A stretch of 64,000 nucleotides of DNA from Anaerolineae bacterium (GCA_040767425.1 JAXGON010000012.1:11764-75763); one strand, 5' to 3'; shown: positions 17,030-28,056, counted from the first letter of the stretch. A program made the numbers and translations. Notes: generated by a model not told the origin, from the letters alone.

Positions 17030-19192
17030 CTAGGATGGTGGGGGGAGTGGCCACCGGTCGATGCCCAGGCGCTGCTTGAAAACGCGCCAGACAAAGCGGG
17101 GGTTGCCGATCAGGTATCTGCGCCAGAGCCGCTTGGGCTCAATCAGCAGCCGTCCCAGCCACTCCAGCGAGTGTTTGGTCATCCATGCCGGTGCCCGCTT
17201 TCGCGTGCCGGACACATAGTCAAAGACTCCCCCGCCCGTCAGCGCCACGCCGGCCTCCATCTGGTGCCAGTTTTCGGCCAACCAGCGTTCCTGGAGAGGC
17301 ATGCCGAATCCGACCAGCAGTATGTCTGGCTTCATGGCGTTGATGGACGCGATGACGGCCAGGTTCTCGGGGTCGGCAGCATCCTTGCCAAAGTAACCGT
17401 CGTGCAGAGCCGTCACGTCAAGGGCGGGATAGCGTTCCCGCAGGCGATCGGCGGCCAGGGCGGCAATCCCCGGCGGGGCCCCCACAAAGGCCATGGAGAG
17501 GCCGGCCTCGCTGGCGGCCGCCGCCAGCCTCCACATCCACTCGGCATAGGTGATGCGCCGCTCGATCCGCTGCCCCAGCAGCCGCGCTCCCAGGACCACG
17601 CCGGCGCCGTCGCAGAACACCAGATCGGCGCCGTTGAGGGTCTCGCGCAGCCATGGTTGCTCGTAGGCCAGGTTCAGGCAGTGGGCGTTGACGTTGAGCA
17701 CCATGGCGTGGGCGCGCTCCTGGGCAAGCTGAACCACGCGATGGGTCAGCTCCTCCACGGATAGCGATGCTACCCGAACACCCAAGACCCAGGCAGTCTT
17801 GGATGGCGAATCCTTGGAGTGAGCTGGTGGCTCAACGAGAGCGCGGCAAGCCAACACGCTACCGAATCCGATCCAGATAATCAGCAGGGCCATGGTATCC
17901 GCTGCGGGCGTGGACGTGAGGCCATCGATGAGCACCGCGATCAGGGACCATCGTCCGGCTATGAGCAGATCCTGTGCCCAGGGTGCCGCTATGGCGGCGG
18001 CAGCACCAAGCGGGCGGGTGCCGCGCCATAGCGCAAGCAGCAACGCCAGGTAGGCGAGTAGGCCCACGAGGCCATGCTTATACAGAATGCCCAGGTAGGT
18101 GCTATGCGTGCCGGCCGGAAGGGCGAGATCAGGCATGTCTCGGGCAGTTCCCCATCCCAGGATGGGACGTTTCGTCCAGTCGCGGATCGTCACTTCCCAG
18201 GTCGCGCTTCTGACCACCGCCGATCCCGCGTCCTCGTAGCGGTCGCGAGCAAACACGACCTCGGTCAAGATCGTCGATCCGCCCTCGATGAGGAACGATC
18301 CGCCGGGCGTGGCGACGTCAACCACTACCAACACCGCCACCACCGCGAGCCCAACCAGGGCTAGTCGCCAGAACAGGCACCGGAAGCGCGAGTAGGCCGC
18401 CCAGGCCACGATCCCACCAGCCACCAGGCCTGCAATGGCCGCCCGACCGGTGGTGAACGTCAGGTTCACCAGCCCCAGCAGCACGATCAGCCCGGCTGCC
18501 ACCCGATGCCAGGCCTTGCCCCGTCGGGTGAGCGTGGCTACCAGGGGGAGGGAGGCGGCCATCGCGGTGGCGTTGCTCAGTGGCCAAAGAAACAGGCTGC
18601 TGACCCGATAGTAGCGCCCCAGAGGGCGGAAATAGCCCACTCTCCCCAAGGAACGTTCCGCGATCTGCTCAAGATAGCCGCCTCGTTCGAGCGTCTCTGG
18701 CAAGAGGCGGGCAAAGGGCGAGACCCAGCCCTCTGGCCGGAGGCCAAGCAGAGCGGCGACGGCTACAGTGCTGGCGATGGCCACCAGCCCAGCCAGGATC
18801 CAGACCAGGCGATGCACGTCCTCAGAGTCGCGCGGCACCGTCGTGGCGATGGCGAGGACGGCCGCAGCGCCGGCCCATGTGGCAAAGGCTCTGGCAAAGG
18901 TGAGCAGACGACGGAGGTTGCCGATTCCCAGGGCCGAAAGCAACTGCGCGACCATAAAGAGAGCAAAGGCAACCAGCACCGTCCGCTGTCCAGATGGCGC
19001 GACCTGCTTTGAGAGCACTAGTTGGGCCAGGAGGATGACGGCCACAAGCGTCGGCACGAACTGCTCGATGCCGAGGACCCACCAAAGCGGCCAGAGAAGC
19101 AGCCAGAGACCCAACGTGCAGATCGGCGCACGGGGCTCGAGCGCCTGCCTCCACGTGCTGAAGCGGCTCACTGACGGGGTAAGAGTTGACAT
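17030..19192 (-). CDS. fusion protein: O-antigen ligase/polymerase-like polytopic domain (Wzy_C-like) + C-terminal WecB/TagA/CpsF (GT26) glycosyltransferase domain
   Basis: ~430 aa with many TM helices, then a GT26-like domain (LNVNAHCLNLA...DLVFCDGAGVVLGARLLG...ILLVGFGMPLQERW). Confidence 0.6.
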   Translation of the reverse strand: MSTLTPSVSRFSTWRQALEPRAPICTLGLWLLLWPLWWVLGIEQFVPTLVAVILLAQLVLSKQVAPSGQRTVLVAFALFMVAQLLSALGIGNLRRLLTFARAFATWAGAAAVLAIATTVPRDSEDVHRLVWILAGLVAIASTVAVAALLGLRPEGWVSPFARLLPETLERGGYLEQIAERSLGRVGYFRPLGRYYRVSSLFLWPLSNATAMAASLPLVATLTRRGKAWHRVAAGLIVLLGLVNLTFTTGRAAIAGLVAGGIVAWAAYSRFRCLFWRLALVGLAVVAVLVVVDVATPGGSFLIEGGSTILTEVVFARDRYEDAGSAVVRSATWEVTIRDWTKRPILGWGTARDMPDLALPAGTHSTYLGILYKHGLVGLLAYLALLLALWRGTRPLGAAAAIAAPWAQDLLIAGRWSLIAVLIDGLTSTPAADTMALLIIWIGFGSVLACRALVEPPAHSKDSPSKTAWVLGVRVASLSVEELTHRVVQLAQERAHAMVLNVNAHCLNLAYEQPWLRETLNGADLVFCDGAGVVLGARLLGQRIERRITYAEWMWRLAAAASEAGLSMAFVGAPPGIAALAADRLRERYPALDVTALHDGYFGKDAADPENLAVIASINAMKPDILLVGFGMPLQERWLAENWHQMEAGVALTGGGVFDYVSGTRKRAPAWMTKHSLEWLGRLLIEPKRLWRRYLIGNPRFVWRVFKQRLGIDRWPLPPPS

Positions 19193-19225
19193 CCGTCTCC
19201 TGCGGCCTGGTCGCCGACTATACGT

Positions 19226-20866
19226 CTACATGTAGCCTAGCGAGCTTAGCCGTTCGTCGATGAGGGCCTCGTCCTCAGGGGAGTAGGCGCGGGCGCGAGA
19301 GAACTGCTCCAGGGTGGCGGCATCATCGATGGCGATCTCCAGCGGCTGCTCAAATAGCGTCTGGAGAACCTGACCCTGGCAGTACGCCGGAACGGGCAAG
19401 CCCAGCCAAGCCAGAACGGTCGGAAAGAGGTCGACCAGCGCAGCGTCGCTGACCGTTGTGTGGCGCACCGCCGCGCCATGGGCCAAGAGGATGCCATCCA
19501 TGGAATGCGTGCCGGTATGGTCGCGCCGCCAGAGGTTTCGGCGTACCCGCGCCTTGCTGCTCTGCAACAGCGATGCGGTGAACTCGTAACCAGGGCTGGG
19601 CGCCGCGACCAGATCGGGCGCCTGCTCACAAGCGATGCCTGGAAAGGCCTGTTCTCGGAAGAGCACCTCGGCAACAACCGGCGCGCCGGTCTCGGGATCC
19701 TTCAGGGCGTGCAAGGCGTCGGCCACTTGCTGGCGGACGGCCTCGTACTCGGCGGGCGGCACCACGCCGTTCGGTTCGCGTCCTTGTAGGTTCACGTTGA
19801 CGTAGGCATACACCCAGCCGTGGATCATATAGGCCCTGGTGCGGTCCCACGCGATGCCGACAGCGTTCTGTACCTGCTCTACCAGGCGACGCCGTTTGCC
19901 GCGAGGGAGCAGGCGACGGTTGAGATTCCAGCGATCCAGTCGCAGTAGCGCTGTCATGGCGGCGCGAGCGAGCGCAGTCAGCGAGCCTTTCCGGCCTGAA
20001 CGGGCCAGCTCGAGCAAGCCGGCTTCGGCCAGCGCCGCGTTCACGTTGGCCGTGCGCGACACGGCACCGTGGCCATGGTCGGACAAGGCAATGACCAGCG
20101 TATCAGGATCACCGTACCGCTCCACCAGGCCGCCGATCTCTTGATCGATAGCTCGGTAGACGGACAAGGCCTTTTCATAGTGCTGAGGCGAGAACTCGGG
20201 GTGGGAAGGGTCTAGCCAGGGGTAGGCGGCATGCTGCAGGGTATCGGTCTCCTGAAAGTGCAGCATAGCCAGATCCCAGTCTGGGACCTCCTCCTCCACC
20301 AACAAGCGGAAGGCCCCAGCGCGGGCGCGTACCGTTTGCTCCGACATCTCCACAAAGCGCGACCATCCCTGCAGGTTGAACACTGATTGCGAGACCAGGA
20401 TGCGATAGTCGGGAACGCGGCGGAGCAGTGTATCCCGCAGGGCGGGGGGATAGGTCATCTCGGCCTTTAGATCCGGCGTCAGCATGCCCGTCACCATGGC
20501 GCCGTTGACGGCACGCGGCGGATAGGTAAGGGGGACGTTGAGCAGAGCGACGCGCTTGCCCGCAGCGCTGGCCAGCTCCCAAAGCGTGGGTGATGGCACG
20601 TCGCGTGACGAGACGGCATAGGTCTCATAGGTGGTTGCGTCGTGCTGACGAAAATCGAGCACGCCATGGTTGCCGGGCAGCAGGCCGGTCTGAAAGCTGG
20701 TCCAGGCAGCGGCGGTGACGGGCGGGATGGTCGAGCGGAGCTCGCCGTGGGCTCCACCCTCACGTAGGGCGGCCAGATGCGGCAAGTGGCCCTGCTGGAT
20801 CATGGGATCCAGGATACGCCACGTTGCCCCGTCCAGCCCAAGCAGCAAGACACGCCGTCGCTTCAT
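19226..20866 (-). CDS. alkaline-phosphatase-superfamily protein (type I phosphodiesterase/nucleotide pyrophosphatase-like), paralog 1
   Basis: N-terminal LLLGLDGATW metal-site motif and LSDHGHG motif. Confidence 0.6.
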   Translation of the reverse strand: MKRRRVLLLGLDGATWRILDPMIQQGHLPHLAALREGGAHGELRSTIPPVTAAAWTSFQTGLLPGNHGVLDFRQHDATTYETYAVSSRDVPSPTLWELASAAGKRVALLNVPLTYPPRAVNGAMVTGMLTPDLKAEMTYPPALRDTLLRRVPDYRILVSQSVFNLQGWSRFVEMSEQTVRARAGAFRLLVEEEVPDWDLAMLHFQETDTLQHAAYPWLDPSHPEFSPQHYEKALSVYRAIDQEIGGLVERYGDPDTLVIALSDHGHGAVSRTANVNAALAEAGLLELARSGRKGSLTALARAAMTALLRLDRWNLNRRLLPRGKRRRLVEQVQNAVGIAWDRTRAYMIHGWVYAYVNVNLQGREPNGVVPPAEYEAVRQQVADALHALKDPETGAPVVAEVLFREQAFPGIACEQAPDLVAAPSPGYEFTASLLQSSKARVRRNLWRRDHTGTHSMDGILLAHGAAVRHTTVSDAALVDLFPTVLAWLGLPVPAYCQGQVLQTLFEQPLEIAIDDAATLEQFSRARAYSPEDEALIDERLSSLGYM

Positions 20867-21095
20867 CGGATTGAGACCTCCCTATGGTTGTGATGGGCCG
20901 TAGCGCAGAGGCCTCTGGGGGAGCATCCGGGCCGGCCACGAACCGCCCCATTCTAGGGCGAGGTCCACGCCAGGGCAAGCGGCGTGCAGGCGGCGTGCAC
21001 AGGGCGCGACACGCTTGGGCGATCACCGGTACCCTGGCCGTCTTCTGCCCGGCAGAGTAGAATCAGGTTGGACGTCAAGCCACGAGAGGAGCACC

Positions 21096-22121
21096 ATGAA
21101 CAACGGCCCAGAAGTCTGCCACGAGATTTGGCTCGACCGCGCGCCGCGAGCCTTGGGGTATCGCCCGGACCGTGATCTGGCCGTGTGGCGCGGTCAGGTC
21201 AGGGAAACGCTCGCCACCCTGCTCGGAAGCACCCCCGATCGCGTCCCCCTCGATCTGCAGGTGGAGTGGGAGGCGCAGCGCGAGGGCTATCTCGAGCGAC
21301 GGTTCTGCTTCACGGCCGAAGAGGGGGCGCGGGTCCCTTGTCACCTTTTGCTGCCGGACGAGGGTCAGGAGCCGCATCCGGTCATGATCTGCCTGCAGGG
21401 GCACTCTACGGGCATGCATATCTCGCTGGGGCGGCCACGGTTCCCTGGCGACGAGGAGAGCATCGCTGGAGGCCGAGACTTTGGCGTGCAGGCGGTGCGC
21501 CAGGGCTATGCGGCCCTGGTGATGGAGCAGCGCAGCTTTGGCGAGCGCCGCGATCAGCGCCCCGACGAGGTGGTCTCGCTGGGTCGTGGTTGCCATCACG
21601 CCAGCATGGTGGCGCTCATGCTGGGGCGCACCATGGTGGGCGAGCGCGTCTGGGACGTCTCGCGGGCCATCGACGCGCTGGCTAGCTTCCCGGAGGTTGA
21701 TAGCTCACGGGTGGCCTGCATGGGTAACTCGGGCGGAGGGACCACCACCTTTTTCGCCGCGTGCATGGAGGAGCGGCTCTGCGCGGCGATGCCTTCCTGT
21801 TATGTGTGCACGTTCCGCCATTCGCTGGCGTCCATCGATCACTGCGCCTGCAACTATGTGCCTGGCATCCTGAACCACTTTGAGATGGGCGATTTGGCGG
21901 TGCTGATCGCGCCGCGACCGCTGGTGGTGGTGGCTGGCCGAGACGATCCGATCTTTCCGCTGGAGGGGGTGCGCGAGACGTTCGCGACCATCCAGGCGAT
22001 CTATGATCGCTGCGGGGCAGGCGACCACTGCCGCTTGGTGATCGGCGAGGGCGGGCATCGGTTCTACCCGGATCTAGGGTGGCCCGCATTCAAAGATCTC
22101 ACGCAGGGGATGATGAGCTAG
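21096..22121 (+). CDS. alpha/beta hydrolase (acetyl esterase / dienelactone-hydrolase-like)
   Basis: Nucleophile elbow CMGNSGGG (GxSxG); start at the ATG with GAGAGGAG RBS. Confidence 0.6.
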   Translation: MNNGPEVCHEIWLDRAPRALGYRPDRDLAVWRGQVRETLATLLGSTPDRVPLDLQVEWEAQREGYLERRFCFTAEEGARVPCHLLLPDEGQEPHPVMICLQGHSTGMHISLGRPRFPGDEESIAGGRDFGVQAVRQGYAALVMEQRSFGERRDQRPDEVVSLGRGCHHASMVALMLGRTMVGERVWDVSRAIDALASFPEVDSSRVACMGNSGGGTTTFFAACMEERLCAAMPSCYVCTFRHSLASIDHCACNYVPGILNHFEMGDLAVLIAPRPLVVVAGRDDPIFPLEGVRETFATIQAIYDRCGAGDHCRLVIGEGGHRFYPDLGWPAFKDLTQGMMS

Positions 22122-22187
22122 GCAGCCGATCTGATGACGAGATGGAGGAGGGGGCATCGATCTAGTCGGTGCCCCCTTGGGATCATG

Positions 22188-23432
22188 TCAGGGGTTCCAT
22201 TCACGTAACGCTGGCGCCTGACGTATGCGGTCCTCGGGCCAGCCGAGCAGGTGGCACTTTTCCCACATATAGTAGCAATAGTGGTCCCAGCTTACCTCGG
22301 CGGGGCAGCGGTGGTCCACATGAGGGATGAACCCCCCTTCGACGACGGCTGGCTCTAGCCGCTTGAGCTCGGCCAAGATCGCCTCGCGCCCCTCGTGGAG
22401 GGCGAACTTGTTGAACCCTCCCATGATCAGCAGGTCGCGCCCATAGCGTTGGCGCAGAGCGACGGGGTCATTGCCCGCGTTGACCTCCAACGGGAACATG
22501 CAGTTCAAGCCCACGTCCAGCCAGAGGGGGACCAGCGCGTTGATGTTGCCATCGCAGTCGGTATAGATCACGTCGATGCCGTGCTGTCGGAGCATGCGCA
22601 TGACGGGGCGCATGTGCGGCATGATGCGATCACGGAAAAAGCGCGGGCTGAGGAGCGGGCCGCTGTTAAAGGCAATGTCCTCCCAACCAGCCGCGACGTC
22701 AATCTGGCAGCGCTCCAGCGTCGGCGGCAGGAGCGTCAGCAACATCTGGGCGAGATGCGCAACCATCTCTTCCACAAGGTCGGGGTCGTCCACCGACAGG
22801 TAGGCCAGGCTCTCGAACCCGATCCAATCGCGGATCCAGCCGATGAACGAGCCGAATCCGACCACGACGGGCAGATCGGCGGCGCGGCTATCGCGCAACA
22901 TGCGGTCGAGCTCCGCCTCGGTCAGGGCGCGGGCGGGGTGCTGAGGATCGAGGAACTCGTCGCGAAAGGCCTCCCAGGTGGCCCGATCGCGAATCGGAAA
23001 CTCGAGAAAGTGAGGAATGGTGCGGGTGCCCTCGGTTACCTCTTGCACCAGCACGCCCAGCCCATCGCGATAGACGATCCTGCCCTCCTGGCGGGAGACG
23101 ATTTGGGTCTCACGGCGCGGGTAGGCCCCGATGCGGGCCCCCACATGAGTGAACTGCTCTACGCCAAAGTACGTCTCTACAGCCCGATCCGGAATGGCGC
23201 CATCCTCCCGCCGGAGTGATGCCGGCAGGTGTCCCTGGGCCATCCAGTCCTCTTTGAGTTCATCCCAGTAGCCGAACTCATAGTTGGGGATGCAATCTAC
23301 CTGCTGATAGTGCATAAAGCGGTTGTACCGCTCGCGGGTGGAGAGCGCGCCGCTGAACGGAGCCGTGCCTACGCGCAGATCAGTCATCTGGTCCTCCTCA
23401 ATGGGGCTGGCTAGCCGCCAAGCTCGATGCAT
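22188..23432 (-). CDS. uroporphyrinogen decarboxylase (URO-D) family protein, paralog A (no HxCG zinc motif)
   Basis: VVGFGSFIGWIRDWIGFESLAY aligns with the URO-D GFxGxPxTLAxY region; the C-terminal region has TDCDGN where MtaA-type enzymes have HxCG. Confidence 0.5.
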   Translation of the reverse strand: MHRAWRLASPIEEDQMTDLRVGTAPFSGALSTRERYNRFMHYQQVDCIPNYEFGYWDELKEDWMAQGHLPASLRREDGAIPDRAVETYFGVEQFTHVGARIGAYPRRETQIVSRQEGRIVYRDGLGVLVQEVTEGTRTIPHFLEFPIRDRATWEAFRDEFLDPQHPARALTEAELDRMLRDSRAADLPVVVGFGSFIGWIRDWIGFESLAYLSVDDPDLVEEMVAHLAQMLLTLLPPTLERCQIDVAAGWEDIAFNSGPLLSPRFFRDRIMPHMRPVMRMLRQHGIDVIYTDCDGNINALVPLWLDVGLNCMFPLEVNAGNDPVALRQRYGRDLLIMGGFNKFALHEGREAILAELKRLEPAVVEGGFIPHVDHRCPAEVSWDHYCYYMWEKCHLLGWPEDRIRQAPALREWNP

Positions 23433-24565
23433 CGCTGGCGATAGTACCGATAGTCGTCCAGCGGCACCTCGGCGGGGACGCCGTGGTCACAGGTAGGGAT
23501 ATACCCGCCTCGCTGTCGCATGGTGGGCAGGATACGCTCCAGGTGCGCATCGATGGCCGCTCGCCCCTGGGCCAACACGCGCTTGTCGATGCCGCCAAAG
23601 ATGGCCAGCCCAGGGTAGCGCCGTCCAATCTCGACGACATCACATCCAGCGGCCACCTCAAAGGGGCTCATGGCGTCCATGCCGATCTCTTGGTAGATGG
23701 GGATCACGGGCAGGGCGTTGCCATCGGTGTCGATCTGGACATACAGGTGCCGGGTAGGATCGAGTTGGCGGTGTCGGATGTTGTCGATCAACTGCTGATA
23801 GTAGGGCAACAGAAAGGTACGCATCATGCGCGGCGAGATCAAGGCGCCGCCGTTGTAGCAGATATCCTCCGCCAAGAAGAGCTCGTCCAGCGTCACGTGC
23901 TCTTGGTGCTTGGCGATGACGGCGTCAGCCAGTGACAGCCAGGCCTCCATGCAGGTGTGGATGAGTTCGGGCTGGTCGTGAAAGGCATAGAGCAGCCGCT
24001 CAGGTCCGATCAGGCTGCGCAGGTACATGTAACCACCGATGACCCGCTGCGAGATCATCAGGCCGCGGCGGGCGGCCTCGCGGGCGGCGGCCATCTGGGC
24101 CTCCAGCTCGGCATAGCGCGCTGGCGTGGTGGGGTCCATACGCCAGACGACGTCGCGCTCCCACGTGGCCTGATCCTGCACGGGGTGGGCGACATACTCG
24201 GGCATAAAGCCATCGCGTCGCCCCTTGAAATAGAGCACGTGTCGGCCCGCCTGATCCTGCTCGAGCTCATAGTCGCCCCGATCCTCGATGACCTTGGTCT
24301 CAAAGGCGGGCTCAAACGCGGCCTCGCACCATCCTAGCCCCCCCAAGGCGTGAAAGCCGGGCGGATCGTACATGAACTGCTGGGCCAGCGGTTGCTCCAG
24401 CGAGAGGCCCTGGGTCTCCCACGCCTGGAGCGAGTAGTAGCCAAACTCGCGGCGAATCAGGCGATCGGTGGGACGGATGGCATAGGTGTCGCGCAAGCGC
24501 CGCGCGTGTTCGTCCATCTGGTCGCGCGGGGGCAGGGTGAGTACGCTTTCGGACGGATCATGCAT
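23411..24565 (-). CDS. uroporphyrinogen decarboxylase (URO-D) family protein, paralog B (no HxCG zinc motif)
   Basis: Same fold signatures as the paralog at 22188 (VIGGYMYLRSLIGPERLLYAF; IDTDGN); 22-nt overlap with the downstream paralog. Confidence 0.5.
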   Translation of the reverse strand: MHDPSESVLTLPPRDQMDEHARRLRDTYAIRPTDRLIRREFGYYSLQAWETQGLSLEQPLAQQFMYDPPGFHALGGLGWCEAAFEPAFETKVIEDRGDYELEQDQAGRHVLYFKGRRDGFMPEYVAHPVQDQATWERDVVWRMDPTTPARYAELEAQMAAAREAARRGLMISQRVIGGYMYLRSLIGPERLLYAFHDQPELIHTCMEAWLSLADAVIAKHQEHVTLDELFLAEDICYNGGALISPRMMRTFLLPYYQQLIDNIRHRQLDPTRHLYVQIDTDGNALPVIPIYQEIGMDAMSPFEVAAGCDVVEIGRRYPGLAIFGGIDKRVLAQGRAAIDAHLERILPTMRQRGGYIPTCDHGVPAEVPLDDYRYYRQRCIELGG

Positions 24566-24663
24566 GGACGGGCCTCCCAGAGGGCGGGTATGGCGACAGC
24601 AGTGATGACGGGGATGGTAACATGGAGCCGATCTCTTCGCAACCGATGGACTGCCGGACAGGA

Positions 24664-24693
24664 AGAGGGCACGGCCTTGAGGCCGTGCCCTCT
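24664..24693. terminator. perfect 13-bp stem hairpin (AGAGGGCACGGCC-TTGA-GGCCGTGCCCTCT) between convergent/tandem minus-strand genes; terminator-like, no U tract
   Basis: Inverted repeat read directly from sequence; intergenic 24566-24712. Confidence 0.35.
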
Positions 24694-24712
24694 CGCCAAG
24701 CGAGCGGGGCGG

Positions 24713-25756
24713 TCAGCGGAGCTTGTGTCCGCACGAGTTGCAGAACTTGGCGCTCGGCGGGTTCTCGGCGTTGCACTCGGGGCAGTTGATGGTGCCCGCG
24801 AGGTTGGTGCCGCACTCGGCACAGAACTTGGCGGTCTCTGGATTCAGATGGCCGCAGTTGGGGCAGCGGACCTTGATCACCTGGGCTGGCGCTGTGGCGC
24901 TTTGCCCCCCGCCACCGAACGCGCCGCTCATCACCTGGCCCATGGCGAGGCCTGCGCCGAGGCCCATGCCCGTCTGGGCGGCGCCCCCCGCGCTGCCTTC
25001 GGCCGTGGCGGCGTCTCCCATGGCCCGAGCGGCCTTGAACTTGACGTAAGCGTCCATGTTGCCGATGGCGCCCATGGAGGCGGCCTCATCGATGGCAGCG
25101 GCCGTCTCCTCGGTGGGGCTCACCGAGAGGATATAGAGCTGCTTGAGCGAGAGCCCGACCGCGCTAAAGTCGTCGGCCAGCTTGGCCTTGACCGCCGCCG
25201 AGATCTCCTCGAACATGGAGGGGAGATCCAGGATGGACTTTATGTTCTCACCCAGCAGATCCGTCAAGCGGTTGACGATCATGCTTCGCAGGTAGTTGGC
25301 AATGTCATTGGCGCTATAGTAGCCGCGCGCGCCGACGACCTGCCCCACAAAGCGCTGCGGCTCGGCCACGGCCATGTTGTAAGTGCCGTGGGCGCGCAGG
25401 CGCACAAAGCGAAGCACCTCGTCGCGCAGCGTGATCGGTTCTGGCGTGCCCCAGCGCTGGTCCACCATGTCTCGGGTGGAGACAAAGTAGACCTCGGCGG
25501 TAAACGGGGTGTTGCCGCTAAAGATGCCAGAGACAAGCTGTGCAAGCAGGGGGATATTGGCAGTGGTGATGGTGTGGCGCCCTGGGCCAAAGCTGTCTAG
25601 CGCCTTGCCATCGCGGAAGAACACCGCGGTCTGCCCCTCGCGGACGATGAGCTGGGATCCCAAACGGAAATCCCCTGCACCGCGTTCGGGAACGCGCCGC
25701 ACCATCTCCTGCGGCCCAAGATCTGGGCACTCGATGACATCAAGAATCCTGGCCAT
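24713..25756 (-). CDS. SPFH/band-7-family protein (Band_7_1-like) with C-terminal double zinc-ribbon
   Basis: SPFH-like N-terminal 250 aa; Gly/Ala-rich linker; two CPxC...CxxCG zinc ribbons (CPNCGH..CAECG; CPECNA..CNSCGH). Confidence 0.65.
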   Translation of the reverse strand: MARILDVIECPDLGPQEMVRRVPERGAGDFRLGSQLIVREGQTAVFFRDGKALDSFGPGRHTITTANIPLLAQLVSGIFSGNTPFTAEVYFVSTRDMVDQRWGTPEPITLRDEVLRFVRLRAHGTYNMAVAEPQRFVGQVVGARGYYSANDIANYLRSMIVNRLTDLLGENIKSILDLPSMFEEISAAVKAKLADDFSAVGLSLKQLYILSVSPTEETAAAIDEAASMGAIGNMDAYVKFKAARAMGDAATAEGSAGGAAQTGMGLGAGLAMGQVMSGAFGGGGQSATAPAQVIKVRCPNCGHLNPETAKFCAECGTNLAGTINCPECNAENPPSAKFCNSCGHKLR

Positions 25757-25787
25757 CTCTACCTCCTAGGCGGCTGTACGGTGCGTT

Positions 25788-26306
<519 letters not shown>

Positions 26307-26320
26307 CTTTACCTCGCCTC

Positions 26321-26341
26321 TTGCTACGTGACGCGTAGCAA
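26321..26341. promoter_or_regulatory. perfect 8-bp-arm palindrome TTGCTACG-tgacg-CGTAGCAA, 15-35 nt upstream of the 25788..26306 start codon; candidate operator
   Basis: Seen directly in sequence; sits between the putative RBS and promoter region of the SPFH operon. Confidence 0.3.
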
Positions 26342-26512
26342 CGCTGCCTACCCGCTATACGGTGCTCTCGGCTAAAGGTTGCGTCGCTAGTGTACGCGTG
26401 ACGGAACGTAACGCAAGAGCTCCAACAGCCAAAAGAGACCATTCGGCTTGGAAAGAGAGCGTTAGCGGGAGCGCGAGCCGTGATCCGGGGCCGTTCCGCG
26501 GCGGGACGCGAG

Positions 26513-27913
26513 CTAGTAGGCGCCCTCGCCCCGAAGGACCTTGGGGATAGTCAGCAGGAGGATGCGCAGATCCAGCAGCAGGGAATAGTTCTGCACATAG
26601 TAGAGATCGTCCTGAGTGTTGTGGTACATGGGACGATCGCTGCGACCGTTGATCTGCCACCAGCCGGTCATGCCCTGGGGCACCGTGAAGCGCTTGCGCT
26701 GCCAGAGCTCGTACTTTTCCACCAGCCACGGGAGTTCGGGACGAGGCCCCACCAGGCTCATCTCGCCCTTGAGGACATTGATGAGCTGCGGCAGCTCATC
26801 GAGGCTGGTCCGACGCAGGATCCTGCCCACCCTGGTGACCCGCGGGTCATCAGGTCGCTTGTACACGGTTAGATCCTCAAGCGTCTCGTTCCGGGCTGGC
26901 GACAGCTGCTCCTCGGCGCCCACCCGCATGGAGCGGAACTTGAGCATGTCGAATAGCCGACCGTTCTCGCCAACCCGTTGCTGACGAAAGAGCACGGGCC
27001 CCGGCGAGTCGAGCTTTATGGCCAGCGCAATGGCACCGTAAAGGGGCAGCGTCACCACAAACCCAATGCTCGCCACAGCCAGGTCAAAGCAGCGCTTGAT
27101 TAACCGCTGGTAGTCGCTCAAGGCAGGCGCCCGCACATCGATCATCGGTATGCCCGCGAACTCTTCAAAGTCGGCCTTGTGTAGCGCGAGCGAGAAATAG
27201 TCGGGCACGATGCGCACATGCACGGGCAAGGTGTGTAGGGAGACGACCGCCTGGCTTAGGCGTTCCCAGGCGCGTAGCGGTAGCGTCACGACGACCTCAT
27301 CGATCTGGTGCGCCTTGACGATCTCGGTGATCTCATCAAGAGACCCCAGGATGCGCACCTCGTCCGAGGCCTTGGAGGGGTCATCATCAAGATACCCCAC
27401 CAGCTCCAGGCCGCGCCAGGCATGGCCCTGAAGGCGGTTGGCCACCTCGCGGCCCAGCACGCCTGCTCCCACAATGATCACCCGTGCTACCTCGCCGTTA
27501 TGGTGGTTGCGCCTCTGGATGGTCATGGCCACCAGGCGCCAACCGACCATCAAGGCCCAAAGCGAGGCCACGATGATGACCAGGAGCCAGCGCGAGGTCT
27601 GGCGATAGGTCAGGTAGACCAACCCCGCCAGAACGAGGCCGCATAGCAACGACGCGCGCGTGACGTGGGCGAACTGCTGGCGGTAGGTGGTCGTACGGGA
27701 GGGGTCATAGATGCCGAGGGCCAGGCCCACGAGCAGCCAGGTGGCGGGGACCAGCCACCAGAAAAACGGTGGTATCAGGCCTTCCCGCGGCAGCGGGATG
27801 GCCCAAGGCCAGTTGGGGCGTATCACCAAAGCCAGCAGCAAGGCCGCCAGGGCCATGATCAGGTCCATGGCTAATGAGAGGATGGCATAGTTGACACTGT
27901 GCTGACGAAACAT
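26513..27913 (-). CDS. polyprenyl-phosphate glycosyl-1-phosphate transferase (second WbaP/CpsE-type sugar transferase)
   Basis: Same architecture and C-terminal motif set as 307..1728 (KRCFDL...PGPVLFRQQRVG...KFRSM...DELPQLINVLKGEMSLVGPRP). Confidence 0.8.
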   Translation of the reverse strand: MFRQHSVNYAILSLAMDLIMALAALLLALVIRPNWPWAIPLPREGLIPPFFWWLVPATWLLVGLALGIYDPSRTTTYRQQFAHVTRASLLCGLVLAGLVYLTYRQTSRWLLVIIVASLWALMVGWRLVAMTIQRRNHHNGEVARVIIVGAGVLGREVANRLQGHAWRGLELVGYLDDDPSKASDEVRILGSLDEITEIVKAHQIDEVVVTLPLRAWERLSQAVVSLHTLPVHVRIVPDYFSLALHKADFEEFAGIPMIDVRAPALSDYQRLIKRCFDLAVASIGFVVTLPLYGAIALAIKLDSPGPVLFRQQRVGENGRLFDMLKFRSMRVGAEEQLSPARNETLEDLTVYKRPDDPRVTRVGRILRRTSLDELPQLINVLKGEMSLVGPRPELPWLVEKYELWQRKRFTVPQGMTGWWQINGRSDRPMYHNTQDDLYYVQNYSLLLDLRILLLTIPKVLRGEGAY

Positions 27914-28056
27914 GACCTACGCCCTACTTTGCAAAAGCTTATGGGTGCCGACATTCTACCGCGGGCCTCCCGGGTCCTCAAGATCCCGCTATCGGGCTCT
28001 TGCCCGCGGAACCGAAACAGTGTCAGCGCCCAGCCGGGCTATGCGCCGTCACAAGC

